Positions 28,467 to 39,820 of a stretch of DNA of 64,000 bases are shown here, in pieces. A program made the translations under genes and the position numbers. Numbering within the stretch: position 1 is the stretch's first letter; the number at the start of each line of letters is the position of its first letter. The notes beneath the pieces were generated by a model. It worked only from the letters and a program-made list of their open reading frames with translations, did no database searches and was not told the origin of the DNA. Origin of the DNA: an uncultured cyanobacterium (GTDB lineage: Bacteria > Cyanobacteriota > Cyanobacteriia > Cyanobacteriales > CAWUOF01); assembly GCA_963744145.1 (NCBI GenBank), contig CAVUSO010000001.1, positions 4,096,001-4,160,000 of the forward strand, in the 5' to 3' direction.

Positions 28467-31400
28467 TTAGCTTCCATGACAGTTAAATAACTGTAATTGG
28501 AAACTATGGGGAACTATTCCTTCCGGATTAGTAGTCAGAACTATTCTACCTCGCTCATCGACCATCCAACCTTGAGCTTCGATAATTTGAGTGGGGATGT
28601 GAGCATGAACAACTTTTTGGGAATTGTGCTGTAGTTGAGATGTTGCTGAAGATACAGCGATCGCTGCTAAATCTACTAATATTGCTGGGTCATTCAAAGT
28701 CTGATGAGGATTTGATGGTAATCCTCCTTTACCAGTAAAATAAAATTGACTGACTCGCGCTTTTTGACAACTATTAGTAATTAAAGAATTGACATCAACT
28801 ACCTTTTGGGTGAGAGCAACTAAACCTTTACTCGGATCAAGATCAGGAGTTTTAATTGCGACTGTCCCATTAATACCAAATTCAGAACTAGCAGTAATAT
28901 TAGTTTCAGGAGATTGAAAAATACCTTGAGTAGCAATTGCAATATTACCACCCTGTCCTTTAACCGCGTTAGCGGTAATATTACTATTTTCTAACAGCAC
29001 TAAATTATCAGAATTAATCCCAATATTACCACCAGTAGCTGTCCCAGTAGCATTAGTAGTAATATTACTTGCATGACGTAAAAATATATTAGCAGCATCC
29101 AAGGTAATATTACCTTGAGATCCGGTTGCAGTATTAGCGTTCAAACTCCCATTATCATCTAAATTAATCTGATTAGCATTTACTTGTAAATTACCCGCAC
29201 CTGGGGAATTTGCACCAGCACTAACATTGACAATTCCACCATTTTGAACAATCAATTTACCAACATTTAAGATTAAATTACCAGCCATACCTGCACCAGT
29301 AGAAGCAACAGATAAACGACTGTTTAAATTTCCATTACTAGAAATACCACTGACTTCCAAGTATGGTGAAGTGATAGTAACAGTACCAGCATTTCCAGCA
29401 CCAGAAGTACCAGCAGTTAGATCAGCACCAGCTTGTACTGCTACGCGATCGCTAACAATAGTTAAATTACCACCTTTACCTGTACCTGTAGAAGCAACTT
29501 GTGCAAATAGGGTACTAGAAGACTTTCCATCGGGAGAAACACCAGATAATTCTACATCTTTAGCATTTACTATTAAACTACCACCATCTCCCATCCCAAA
29601 TGTACCGACAGATATAGCAGCTCCATCAGTGAGGTGCAAAAGATCGGTGACAATAGTTAAATTACCACCCTTACCAGTCGCATTAGGATTAACTTGAGTA
29701 GTCAAACCACCTGGAAAAATACCATTAGGTGAAATCCCGGTTAGTTCGATATCATGAGCTTTGACATTTATATTACCTGCATTTCCTGAACTGATCGTGC
29801 TAGCTGAAACTTCTGCACCACCTTCAATTCGTAATAGATTAGTTTCTACCATAATATTTCCACCTTGACCAGTACCATCTTGACCAATCTGACTAAATAA
29901 TCCACTCGGATAAGACATGGTAGTTACTTGAACAGGATTAGTGGGGGATGGTCCATTGACAGTCTCGGTAACACTGGTGGAAGTGATTGCTTCAGTAGAT
30001 TTACCAATCAAATCGATTTCATTAGCATTGATTGCGATCGTTCCTCCAACGCTATTTCCTATATTACTAGCAGATATTTCGGCTCCATCTTCCAGTCGTA
30101 AAGTTTGAGTATTAATCGTTATATTACCACCTTGACCTGTTGCTAGTGAACCTATTTCTGTATCCAATCCACTTGCTGAACTCAGATCAACAAATCTACC
30201 AGTTAAGTCGATTGTACCTGAGTTAATAATAATGTTAGAACCATTACCACTACCATTAACTGATGCGGATATTTTTGCTCCACCTGCAATCTGTAAGCTT
30301 CCTGTATTTCCTGTATTGATCGTAACATTCCCACCGTTTCCCGTAGCATCTAGATCGACTAAAGAATAGATTCCACTGCGATAATTCCCATTACTTGATT
30401 CACCACTTAATTGAATATTATTAGCTGTAACTGTTAAATTACCTGCATTTCCTGCACTATTAGTGGTATCTGAGATCGCTCCTCCATCAATAATTTGTAA
30501 ATTTTGAGTATTAATGGTTAAATTACCTGCATTTCCGGTTGCTCCTGATGCGGTTACGGAAGAGATGAGACTAGGAAAAGCATCATTAATTGTTTCAGTA
30601 CTACTTATTTTTATAGTTGGAGAATTAATCGTTAAATCACCAGCATTACCTAGACCTAAAGTATTAGTGATAATTCCACCTCCATCAGCAATTTGTAAGT
30701 TAGCAGTCTGAACTATTATATTAGCACCATTACCTGTAGCATTAGGATAAACATCAGCAATTAAACCACTAGAAATTGCGTTACTATCTGTAGTTGTACC
30801 TGTGACCGTGAAACTTTGCGGAGCCGAGATAGAAATATTACCCCCAGAAACAGATCCCAAGGTATTAGCAATCAAAATTGAGCCATCATTAAGAGCGACT
30901 TGGTTACCTTGCAAATGAATATTACCACTACCATTACCACTAACCTCAAGAGACGCAGCACTATTCAGGGTAATATTGCCATAAGTAGTAGTTGTATCCT
31001 GGGGATTAAGAATAATTTCGCCGTTATTATTTAACGATAGAGATAACTGACTATTGCTGACTGACCAAAGTTCAATTCTCCCTGATGGTGCGGTGAGATT
31101 AGCACCCGTCAGAGTAATATCACCTCCAGCCAGAGTTAAAGTTTTCCCTGGTGCTACCATTAAACCAGCAGGTCGATGATCTTCATTCAGTAAATTGGTT
31201 TGGGGATCTACACTGAGGTTATGTCCCGCTCCCTGGAGGAGGATACTACCTGGATTAGACCCAAATTGCAAGCCGATCGGTACATTGATCGATAATAAGG
31301 GAGTTGTGCTAGGATTGAGGGTATTAAATTCGCTGCCATCAGCAAATTTGATGCTATTAGCAGTAGTACCAAGAAAAGAACCACCAATATTTAAAGCCGC

Positions 31401-31775
31401 ATTAGGACCAAAAATAATTCCATTCGGATTGAGTAAAAAGAGGTTAGCAGTACCATTAGCTTTTAGCACACCATCTAGATTAGAAAGAGAGCTACCAGTA
31501 ACACGAGTAATGATATTTTGAATATTTAGGGAATTATTAAAAAAAGCTGTGTCACCGGTCGGGACAGAAAATTGACTAAAACTATGAAAAAGATTACTAC
31601 CCGCTTGACTACCACCAGAAATTATATGGATATTATTTTGTTGAGTAACAATTGAATTAATGGGTAGAGTAGCATCAGGGATAATCTGGGCACAAGCGAT
31701 TTGGGTGATAATGTTCTCAGTCATTGGCAACATAACGATCAGACTAGCGAGCGAAATAAAATGATCAGATTTCAT
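28467..31775 (-). CDS. Filamentous haemagglutinin-family (TPS domain) exoprotein
   Basis: NLFHSFSQFSV, NLFLLNPNGIIFG, many GNGGNITI repeats, C-terminal IIEAQGW. Confidence 0.92.
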   Translation of the reverse strand: MKSDHFISLASLIVMLPMTENIITQIACAQIIPDATLPINSIVTQQNNIHIISGGSQAGSNLFHSFSQFSVPTGDTAFFNNSLNIQNIITRVTGSSLSNLDGVLKANGTANLFLLNPNGIIFGPNAALNIGGSFLGTTANSIKFADGSEFNTLNPSTTPLLSINVPIGLQFGSNPGSILLQGAGHNLSVDPQTNLLNEDHRPAGLMVAPGKTLTLAGGDITLTGANLTAPSGRIELWSVSNSQLSLSLNNNGEIILNPQDTTTTYGNITLNSAASLEVSGNGSGNIHLQGNQVALNDGSILIANTLGSVSGGNISISAPQSFTVTGTTTDSNAISSGLIADVYPNATGNGANIIVQTANLQIADGGGIITNTLGLGNAGDLTINSPTIKISSTETINDAFPSLISSVTASGATGNAGNLTINTQNLQIIDGGAISDTTNSAGNAGNLTVTANNIQLSGESSNGNYRSGIYSLVDLDATGNGGNVTINTGNTGSLQIAGGAKISASVNGSGNGSNIIINSGTIDLTGRFVDLSSASGLDTEIGSLATGQGGNITINTQTLRLEDGAEISASNIGNSVGGTIAINANEIDLIGKSTEAITSTSVTETVNGPSPTNPVQVTTMSYPSGLFSQIGQDGTGQGGNIMVETNLLRIEGGAEVSASTISSGNAGNINVKAHDIELTGISPNGIFPGGLTTQVNPNATGKGGNLTIVTDLLHLTDGAAISVGTFGMGDGGSLIVNAKDVELSGVSPDGKSSSTLFAQVASTGTGKGGNLTIVSDRVAVQAGADLTAGTSGAGNAGTVTITSPYLEVSGISSNGNLNSRLSVASTGAGMAGNLILNVGKLIVQNGGIVNVSAGANSPGAGNLQVNANQINLDDNGSLNANTATGSQGNITLDAANIFLRHASNITTNATGTATGGNIGINSDNLVLLENSNITANAVKGQGGNIAIATQGIFQSPETNITASSEFGINGTVAIKTPDLDPSKGLVALTQKVVDVNSLITNSCQKARVSQFYFTGKGGLPSNPHQTLNDPAILVDLAAIAVSSATSQLQHNSQKVVHAHIPTQIIEAQGWMVDERGRIVLTTNPEGIVPHSFQLQLFNCHGS

Positions 31776-31939
31776 AATTTTCAGGAGAAAAAGAGTAAAA
31801 TAGTAGATGAGGTTTCACGCTTTGAGTTAGATGGGTGTTTGGCAAACGACAGCTAATTCAGGGAAAAACCATTAAATCTGGTTTTAATTAAAAACGATTT
31901 TTCTCGCGCCCTATTATTAGTAATATTTTTGGAATCATT

Positions 31940-34900
31940 GTGCTTGAACATTTGTTAAACGACGCGGATAGTTCTAACCCGGAGAAATTCTTTCCCTTTC
32001 CGCTAGATGATTTTCAGCTCGAAGCGATCGCTGCGTTAGATGCTGGTAAATCAGTAGTTGTCTGTGCCCCCACTGGTGCGGGCAAAACTTTAATTGGGGA
32101 GTACACTATTTATCGTGCTTTGTCAAGAGGTCGTCGAATATTTTATACAACTCCTTTAAAAGCACTTTCTAATCAAAAACTACGTGATTTTCGGGAACGT
32201 TTTGGAGCTGAAAAAGTTGGGTTAGTGACGGGGGATGTCTCGATTAACCGAGAAGCACCGATTCTAGTGATGACAACCGAGATTTTCCGTAATATGCTAT
32301 ATGGTACTCCCATTGGCGAAATTGGCACGTCTTTAGTAGATGTAGAAGCTGTAGTGTTAGATGAATGTCACTACATGAATGATCGACAGAGGGGTACGGT
32401 GTGGGAAGAATCAATTATTTATTGCCCCCGAGAAATTCAATTGGTCGCACTCTCCGCTACAGTAGCTAATAGTGACCAACTGACAGATTGGATCAGTAAA
32501 GTTCACGGAGACACGGAATTAATTTGGTCTAATTATCGACCTGTACCTCTAGAATATCACTTCTGTACTCCTAAAGGATTGTTTCCGTTATTAGATAGCA
32601 CCCAAACTAAGATTAATCCAATTTTAGCAAAAAGTAAAAAACATAGTGAAAAAGATAAAAGACCAGAAAACAAAAATTTAGCTGAGATCCGCAATCAATT
32701 ACGCCAAAAAGACTATCACCCAACTATATATTTTAATTTTAGTCGCCAAAGCTGTGAACGTGCTGTGCTAGAATTAGATAACATTGTGTTAGTTAATCAG
32801 GCAGAAGAAGCCCAAATTAAAGCAGAGATTCACAAATTTATCAGCCAATTACCGCGGGAGCCAGATAAACAAATTAAGCTCCTCCTCGAACCACTAATAA
32901 GAGGAGTTACGACCTATCATGGACATCTGATTCCAGAATGGAGAAGTTTAGTTGCCCGTCTATTCCAGCAAGGATTAGTAAAAGCTTTATTTGTAGTAGA
33001 AACAGTTTATGCTGTTAAACATTTGCAGCAACGGGATATGTTGCCAGCAATATATTTTATATTTAGTAGAAATAATTGTGATTTAGCTGTAGCTGAATGC
33101 GATCGCGCCGTGAAAGAGTTAGGTCTTTTTTCGCTAGTTAATCAAACAGAAATCAGCCAACTAAAATTGCTCATTGATGAATTCTTAGAGCGCAATCCAG
33201 AAGCAGGACGTGCTAATCAAATTGAACCACTTTATCGGGGAATTGCTGCCCATCATGCGGGAATTTTACCCGCATGGAAGTCTTTGGTCGAAGAATTATT
33301 TCAAGCGGGATTAATTAAAGTAGTTTTTGCGACAGAAACTTTAGCCGCAGGCATTAATATGCCAGCTAGAACCACAGTAATTTCCAGTCTGTCTAAGCGT
33401 ACTGATGACGGTCATCGTCTGTTAAATGCTTCGGAATTTTTACAAATGGCTGGAAGAGCAGGTCGTCGTGGGATGGATAAAATTGGTCATGTAGTCACAG
33501 TCCAAACACCCTTTGAAGGTGCCAAAGAAGCTGCTTATTTAGCAACTTCTGAAGCTAATCGTTTAGTGAGTCAATTTACCCCAAGCTATGGAATGGTATT
33601 GAATTTACTCCAAACCCATAGTATTGAAGATGCCAAAAATTTAGTAGAAAGAAGTTTTGGTCAATACTTAGCCACGCTGTATTTGAAGCCAGAACAAGCT
33701 AAAATTAATAAGCTAAAAACCGATGTCGGACATTTAGAAGCCCAAATTGCTGGGATAGATTGGTTCCAACTCAGAAATTATGAAGAACTATACGAACGTT
33801 ATAAAACAGCTAAACGTGAATTGAAAGATTTACAAAAAGAATATGCAATTATTAAAGCTAGTGATTTAGCCGCAGCTTTACCTTTTGCGATCGCTGGCAC
33901 AATTCTGAGTTTGAAGGGCAGACATATTGCTGTACCTTTACCTTTAAGAGCAGTATTAGTCAAAAAAGTACCAGGATCTGGGCAATATCCCTATTTAGTT
34001 TGTTTAGGACAGGATAACCGCTGGTATGTAGCTACTAATATGGATGTGGTAGGATTACATGGGGAAATTCCGCGACTGAGTGCCGTTGATTATTTAACTT
34101 TACCAGAAGAATTGCCACTCAGACCCGGACCTTATATGAGGAGTACGGAAGCTACCCTGATAATTGTCAATCAAATTCCCCAGAGTAGCGAATTAGATAT
34201 TGCTCCAGAAGTAAAGGCTCAACAAGAACGGGCGATCGCGTTGCAAAAACAATTAGAAAATCATCCTATCCATGAATATGGGAATCCGAAAAGTATCCTG
34301 AAACGACTCAGACGGATTGAAGAATTACACGCAGAAATCGAGGAACGTCAAACCGAATTAGACCAGGAACTAGCTCGTCATTGGCAAGAATTTTTAGCTT
34401 TAATTGCTATTTTACAAGATGTGGGTGGTTTAGAAGGATTACAACCGACTCCGATCGGTGAAGCCGCAGCCGCAATCCGTGGTGATAATGAATTATGGTT
34501 AGGTTTAGTCTTAATGTCGAGAGAATTAGATGAACTCGATCCTCACCATTTTGCCGCAGCTTGTGCTGCGATAGCAACAGAAGTTTCTCGTCCCGATTGT
34601 TGGACTAGCTATAAACTATCAGAACAAGTGAAACAAGCTTTAGGTCGATTATGGGGGCTGAGAAAACGACTAATTAAGAATCAAAAACTTCATGGTGTGG
34701 TCATGCCCGTATGGCCCGAAAAAGAAGAACAGAGTGCAATTTTCGCTCTGGTGGAACAATGGGCACTCGGATTAGAATGGACAAAATTATGTGAAAATAC
34801 CAGTTTAGATGAAGGAGATGTAGTTAGGATTTTACGTCGAACATTGGATTTCTTATCTCAAGTACCCCATGTTCCACATCTTTCGACCGAATTACGTCGG

Positions 34901-34960
34901 AATGCTTTACGTGCAATTCAACTCATGGATCGATTCCCAGTTAATGAGATTATCGATTAA
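31940..34960 (+). CDS. Ski2/HelY-like SF2 RNA helicase with DSHCT domain
   Basis: APTGAGKT, DECH, SAT, TETLAAGINMPA, QMAGRAGRRG and LDEGDVVR motifs. Confidence 0.92.
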   Translation: MLEHLLNDADSSNPEKFFPFPLDDFQLEAIAALDAGKSVVVCAPTGAGKTLIGEYTIYRALSRGRRIFYTTPLKALSNQKLRDFRERFGAEKVGLVTGDVSINREAPILVMTTEIFRNMLYGTPIGEIGTSLVDVEAVVLDECHYMNDRQRGTVWEESIIYCPREIQLVALSATVANSDQLTDWISKVHGDTELIWSNYRPVPLEYHFCTPKGLFPLLDSTQTKINPILAKSKKHSEKDKRPENKNLAEIRNQLRQKDYHPTIYFNFSRQSCERAVLELDNIVLVNQAEEAQIKAEIHKFISQLPREPDKQIKLLLEPLIRGVTTYHGHLIPEWRSLVARLFQQGLVKALFVVETVYAVKHLQQRDMLPAIYFIFSRNNCDLAVAECDRAVKELGLFSLVNQTEISQLKLLIDEFLERNPEAGRANQIEPLYRGIAAHHAGILPAWKSLVEELFQAGLIKVVFATETLAAGINMPARTTVISSLSKRTDDGHRLLNASEFLQMAGRAGRRGMDKIGHVVTVQTPFEGAKEAAYLATSEANRLVSQFTPSYGMVLNLLQTHSIEDAKNLVERSFGQYLATLYLKPEQAKINKLKTDVGHLEAQIAGIDWFQLRNYEELYERYKTAKRELKDLQKEYAIIKASDLAAALPFAIAGTILSLKGRHIAVPLPLRAVLVKKVPGSGQYPYLVCLGQDNRWYVATNMDVVGLHGEIPRLSAVDYLTLPEELPLRPGPYMRSTEATLIIVNQIPQSSELDIAPEVKAQQERAIALQKQLENHPIHEYGNPKSILKRLRRIEELHAEIEERQTELDQELARHWQEFLALIAILQDVGGLEGLQPTPIGEAAAAIRGDNELWLGLVLMSRELDELDPHHFAAACAAIATEVSRPDCWTSYKLSEQVKQALGRLWGLRKRLIKNQKLHGVVMPVWPEKEEQSAIFALVEQWALGLEWTKLCENTSLDEGDVVRILRRTLDFLSQVPHVPHLSTELRRNALRAIQLMDRFPVNEIID

Positions 34961-35034
34961 GAGTAAAGATTCCGCTTTATCCTATCAGGTGAAGCAGTTG
35001 TCATATCTCAGTGAGGCAGAATTAACGAAATCAC

Positions 35035-35059
35035 TAGGAGCGAAAACCATTCGCTCCTA
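35035..35059. terminator. Hairpin between convergent genes (REP-like or terminator)
   Basis: taggagcgaa-aacca-ttcgctccta. Confidence 0.6.
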
Positions 35060-35072
35060 ACTTTAACTCCAA

Positions 35073-35489
35073 TTACTCGTATTTGAGCGTACCATCAATG
35101 TTGGCAATGTGCGTATCCAGAGAGATCTCTGATTGGTTGAGAGTATGGCCATCAGATTTTTCACACTTAGCTGCAAGTTCTAATTGTCTGGTGCTAAGAG
35201 ATTGGGCGACACCAGCATTTGCACAGGTGAGAGAAAATTTCCGATCTCCCCAAGATAATACTCCATTTATATTGCCGATGTAAGGATCTAAGTTAATAGA
35301 AGTTGGCTGATAGGAACCATTAATTTTTTCGCACTGAGCGGAAAGAATAGCTCCATTAATTTCTACATCGTAACAAGTTTGGCTAAAATTTCCTTTTGCC
35401 ATTGCTTGATCGACGATCAAGTTAAGGGAAATAATGCCAGCAAACAAAAATGTGAAAGCAACTTTTAGCAATAGTGAGATTTTCTTCAT
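35073..35489 (-). CDS. Cyanovirin-N homologue (CVNH lectin) with signal peptide
   Basis: GNFSQTCY...C..INGSY..TSINLD..IGNINGVL.W; ends HIANIDGTLKYE as in cyanovirin-N; four Cys. Confidence 0.92.
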   Translation of the reverse strand: MKKISLLLKVAFTFLFAGIISLNLIVDQAMAKGNFSQTCYDVEINGAILSAQCEKINGSYQPTSINLDPYIGNINGVLSWGDRKFSLTCANAGVAQSLSTRQLELAAKCEKSDGHTLNQSEISLDTHIANIDGTLKYE

Positions 35490-35937
35490 TTTTGATTTAC
35501 CTCAGCTAAGTTGAAGATTTGGATGTGGTTTTAAAACTAGGACAATAATATCGGTATCTAAATTGATTTCTGGCAGTGCTTAAAAAAAATTTACTGTCAA
35601 TGTTGGCAGTGGTGATCGCCATCCTAGAAAAACTAAAACAGCGGACATACTGGAATAGCGATCGCCACTCCCAAAACCTCTGTATGTTTGGCCATACCTA
35701 AAAAACTATAGACTTTTTGACCATTTCTGGGACCTGGTTACATCAACCTAGAATACCAGAGCCCGATACCTAAATTTTACTAACTTTGGAAATATTTCCG
35801 AACTTTAGAGAATTTAAGCTTAGTTAATGCTTTGATTAATTTGGGTTTAATTTGGAAGATTGGGAGCGATCGCGTCTCAAAACAAAAAACCAAGTCTTAG
35901 TGTATTCTAGCCAGAAAATACCCTAACCTAAATTACT

Positions 35938-37557
35938 ATGGAAACTAAACAATCAGACGCAGATAGTACACCAAACCTGGTTAAGGTTAAAAACCAGGAC
36001 TCCACTAAGCGATCGCCTAAATTTCGTTTAGGTGAAACATTTAATGAAATGAGTAGTCAACTGCAAGCATCTTTCTATGCCTTATCCCAAGCTAATACTG
36101 AATTAGAAAAACGAGTAGAAGAACGCACCGCAGAACTGAAACAAGCTAAACAAATAGCAGATAATGCTAATCAAGCTAAAAGTGAATTTCTTGCTAATAT
36201 GAGTCATGAACTCCGCACACCTCTAAATGGTATTTTAGGTTATGCCCAAATTATCGGACGTTCTAAAGCTATTCCAAATAAGGAAAAACATGGAGTTAAC
36301 GTTATTCATCAATGTGGTTCTCATTTACTAACTCTAATCAATGATGTTCTAGATATCTCCAAAATTGAGAGCTTCCGTAAGCTAGAACTTGCCCCTAGTG
36401 CTGTTCATTTACCTTCCTTAGTGCAAGGTGTAGTAGAAATTTCTCAAATCCGCGCTCAACAAAAGGGTATTGATTTTTACTATACACCTGACACTAATAT
36501 ACCTAATGGGGTTATCGTTGATGAAAAACGGTTAAGACAGGTATTAATTAATCTCTTAGGTAACGCCATCAAATTTACTGATCAAGGTAGTGTTACCCTG
36601 CGGGTTGAACAATTAAACTCAAATATTGACCCAAATTCCTTTGTTTACCTACGTTTTTCTGTTATAGATACGGGAGTTGGTATTAGTGAAGAAAATATTA
36701 ATAAATTATTCCAAGCTTTTCAACAAGTAGGCGATCGCGCTCGTCAAGCTGAAGGTACGGGACTAGGATTAGCTATCAGTCAGCAAATAGTGCAACTGAT
36801 GGGAGGACAGATTAAAGTTGAAAGTGAATTGGGAACAGGCAGTAAATTCTTTTTTGAAATAGAATTACCACTGAATGAAGAATGGGTGCAGCAGCAAAAA
36901 AATAATGCAGGTAATATTATTAATTATGATGGGGATAAGAAACGGATATTAATTGTAGATGATCGCTGGGAAAATAGAGCGGTAATTGTCAATCTATTAG
37001 AACCGATTGGTTTTGTGGTTATGGTCGCTGAAAATGGACAAATAGGCTTAGATAAAATCAGAGAAAATTTACCAGATTTAGTAATTACAGATTTAGCTAT
37101 GCCCGTTATGGATGGGTTTGAGTTTCTTAAACAGTTACGAAATGATGAAAAATTGAAACATTTAAAAATTCTTGTTTCTTCAGCTTCAGTAGCACAAATA
37201 GATCAACAAATGAGTCTAGACGCGGGTGGTGATGATTTTCTCGCTAAACCAGTGAATGCCCCAGACTTATTTAATCTCTTAGCCCATCATTTACAACTGA
37301 CATGGAATTATGAAGGAGTAGAAGCGGTAAACGAGCAAGAAATGATATTCCCACCAGCAGCGGAACTAAAACAAATCTATCAAGCTAGTCGAATTGGTGA
37401 TCTGGATATAATCCTAAATGAAGCTAATCGATTAGAACAGTTGAATTCTGACTATAAACCTTTTGTTACTCGCTTGATTGATTTAGCCAATGAGTTTGAT
37501 GATACTGGGATTATAAAATTTATTGAGCCGATTCTGCGATCGCAGCAAATAGTTTAG
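35938..37557 (+). CDS. Hybrid histidine kinase/receiver lacking a sensor domain
   Basis: [36 protein letters not shown] and DLAMPVMDG motifs. Confidence 0.9.
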   Translation: METKQSDADSTPNLVKVKNQDSTKRSPKFRLGETFNEMSSQLQASFYALSQANTELEKRVEERTAELKQAKQIADNANQAKSEFLANMSHELRTPLNGILGYAQIIGRSKAIPNKEKHGVNVIHQCGSHLLTLINDVLDISKIESFRKLELAPSAVHLPSLVQGVVEISQIRAQQKGIDFYYTPDTNIPNGVIVDEKRLRQVLINLLGNAIKFTDQGSVTLRVEQLNSNIDPNSFVYLRFSVIDTGVGISEENINKLFQAFQQVGDRARQAEGTGLGLAISQQIVQLMGGQIKVESELGTGSKFFFEIELPLNEEWVQQQKNNAGNIINYDGDKKRILIVDDRWENRAVIVNLLEPIGFVVMVAENGQIGLDKIRENLPDLVITDLAMPVMDGFEFLKQLRNDEKLKHLKILVSSASVAQIDQQMSLDAGGDDFLAKPVNAPDLFNLLAHHLQLTWNYEGVEAVNEQEMIFPPAAELKQIYQASRIGDLDIILNEANRLEQLNSDYKPFVTRLIDLANEFDDTGIIKFIEPILRSQQIV

Positions 37558-38080
37558 TTAAGGTGAGAAATCGTCCAGATCGCAAGCTATTTGGATGATA
37601 GTTCGGCGTGATAGAATATCAGTCATAGCTGAAACCCAATTCTTCTCATCTTACTATTCCTTGAATTGACAGATTAGGAGTGAGCGGTAGTTTTGGGGGC
37701 GATCGCTATCTGATGGACTTGATGAGAAAGATATCGCTGCTTTAGTGGGCGGGTAGGCTGTTGACTTTGTGAGTTTTTGAGCGATATTTTTCAGGCAATC
37801 ACCATGTCCGAAAAATCCCCCTTTTTCAGGGGGATGCGATCGCGCTCGGATAGTTGGAGTCTGACATTTCTATCTAATAAAGCGAGGACTACTAGGGCAT
37901 TTTAATTTATTACAGCATAAATGCGATCGTCCTCCCAAACTCTCTCAATATCTGGCTACTCTATGATGAAGTATGTTGTCGGGTTGTTTTTTAGAAAACA
38001 TTCAGAATCAGAAACATCTGTTAGGCTAAAAGCACACTCAGATTCTTAAAAGTATCCACAAAATAGAAGGCAATGGCAAT

Positions 38081-38635
38081 ATGTACCCTGGAATAATTGC
38101 CTCAATTTTCTTAATTCTATTTGGCTTGATGGAGTTCTTTCTACGTCGTGGAGCAACTGCCAAATCTGTCAAAGCAGGCTCTGCCGATCGGGGGACAACG
38201 CTACTCATCTTTGGATCTTACACTCTGACAATATTCGTTCTGAGTATCCATATTCCAGGAATTGTCTGGATTAAAGAATTGTGTTGGCTAGGGGTTGGCT
38301 GTTCTGCACTAGGCACATTGCTCAGGATTTGGTCAATGACCACTTTAGGACGTTACTATACCCGTACTCTAGTCACAACTACAGAGCAAACAGTCGTGCA
38401 GAATGGTCCCTATCGCTATATCCGTCATCCTGGTTATCTTTCTGCGCTACTAATTTGGGTCGGTGCGACGGTGGCATCTGGTTCTGTAAGCGGGACTGTT
38501 TTAGTATTAATGTTGCTCAACATTGCCTATATATATCGGATTAAGACTGAAGAGCAGATGTTGATTGAGACATTTGGTACAGCCTATTCCGATTATCAAC
38601 AGAGAACTTGGCGGTTAATTCCATTTATCTATTGA
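38081..38635 (+). CDS. Isoprenylcysteine carboxyl methyltransferase (ICMT/PEMT) family membrane protein
   Basis: GPYRYIRHPGY, RIKTEE and Y..YQQRTWRLIPFIY motifs. Confidence 0.9.
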   Translation: MYPGIIASIFLILFGLMEFFLRRGATAKSVKAGSADRGTTLLIFGSYTLTIFVLSIHIPGIVWIKELCWLGVGCSALGTLLRIWSMTTLGRYYTRTLVTTTEQTVVQNGPYRYIRHPGYLSALLIWVGATVASGSVSGTVLVLMLLNIAYIYRIKTEEQMLIETFGTAYSDYQQRTWRLIPFIY

Positions 38636-38968
38636 TGGCGATTGATGACAGCGACCTTTGAAAAACTTCAAACTCTGAACAGAAAATAATCCTTCAATGC
38701 GATCGGCCACCAGAAATCTAGAAATACCTGGCCACTCCTTGAAAAATCAGCCAGATAATATTTTTTAACTGTAAGCAATAGGTATAATTATGCTGTCAAC
38801 TTTCCTCTAATCAATATGTCCTTCGACTTTTTGTTCCTACCTACTCCGAAACTCTATCTTAATTGCAGAACGGTATCCCCTAAATCAAATCTTGAATAAA
38901 GTTGCGATCGCTAATCAGTCAAATTCTGGTAAAATAGAATATTGAGTCTAAAGATTAGGAGCAAAACA

Positions 38969-39760
38969 ATGGGGAAGAACCGCAAATCTAAAAATAAAAA
39001 TATAACCAAGATACCTTTTAAAGTTCCAGAGATTGGAGACCAAATTACTATTACAGATCGTAACCATCCATATTTTGGGAAAAAAGCCTATATTAACTCA
39101 GAACTTATCCATGTCGGAGATGGATACGATCCATTAGATATAGCGATAAAAATACAGATAGATATTTCCTGTATTGATTTCGACCCGCAGAAATACCAAT
39201 ACTTATTAGAAAATCAAAAATTAAAAGATTTAATAAATGAGGTTAACGAGGATAATAAGCTTAAAGGCAAGAACACAAACTATACTCTTGAAATTACAGA
39301 TTTTGACTGGTATATTGCACAACAAGAACTCGCAATATTTACAGTACCTATTTCGTATATTTTCAATAAATCTACCAAAGGGTTTGGAACACTAGCTAAA
39401 ATTAAAGTACCTCCAACTCCTATTTTTAATATTCCTGATAAAAATATTACCGTTTCCCAAATACCAGTTCCCTCCTACATGGAAGAAGATGAAAATGGAA
39501 AAGTTGATCGAATTAATTGGGATAAAAGAGGAAGATTGGCTAATAAAAATACTGTGGAAGAAATAATAAAAGCCATGTTATTAATGTGTGAAACTAAAAA
39601 TGTACCTAGTCTACCTACACCCAACTCTATACTTGATGGCATAACCCCGAATGATGTGTTAATCCTCAGTGATGGTACGTTTTGGGTTGATACTGATTGG
39701 AAGTTACTTGATGCTGTTTTGGTTGAAATCGTAGAAAAGAACGGTGAAAAAAGAAGTTGA
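38969..39760 (+). CDS. Hypothetical protein
   Basis: Long AT-rich ORF; ATG at 38969; no motif recognised. Confidence 0.6.
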   Translation: MGKNRKSKNKNITKIPFKVPEIGDQITITDRNHPYFGKKAYINSELIHVGDGYDPLDIAIKIQIDISCIDFDPQKYQYLLENQKLKDLINEVNEDNKLKGKNTNYTLEITDFDWYIAQQELAIFTVPISYIFNKSTKGFGTLAKIKVPPTPIFNIPDKNITVSQIPVPSYMEEDENGKVDRINWDKRGRLANKNTVEEIIKAMLLMCETKNVPSLPTPNSILDGITPNDVLILSDGTFWVDTDWKLLDAVLVEIVEKNGEKRS

Positions 39761-39820
39761 TAAAAGCCTGAAGTGTCTATATGCTAAAGGTTACAAATCT
39801 GAACTGCCCCACTAACAAGT

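Noticed and set aside
37560..37950. Intergenic stretch with HIP1 sites and a atccccct...agggggat hairpin
   Set aside because: Looks like common cyanobacterial repeats or gene debris; no coherent ORF or RNA supported
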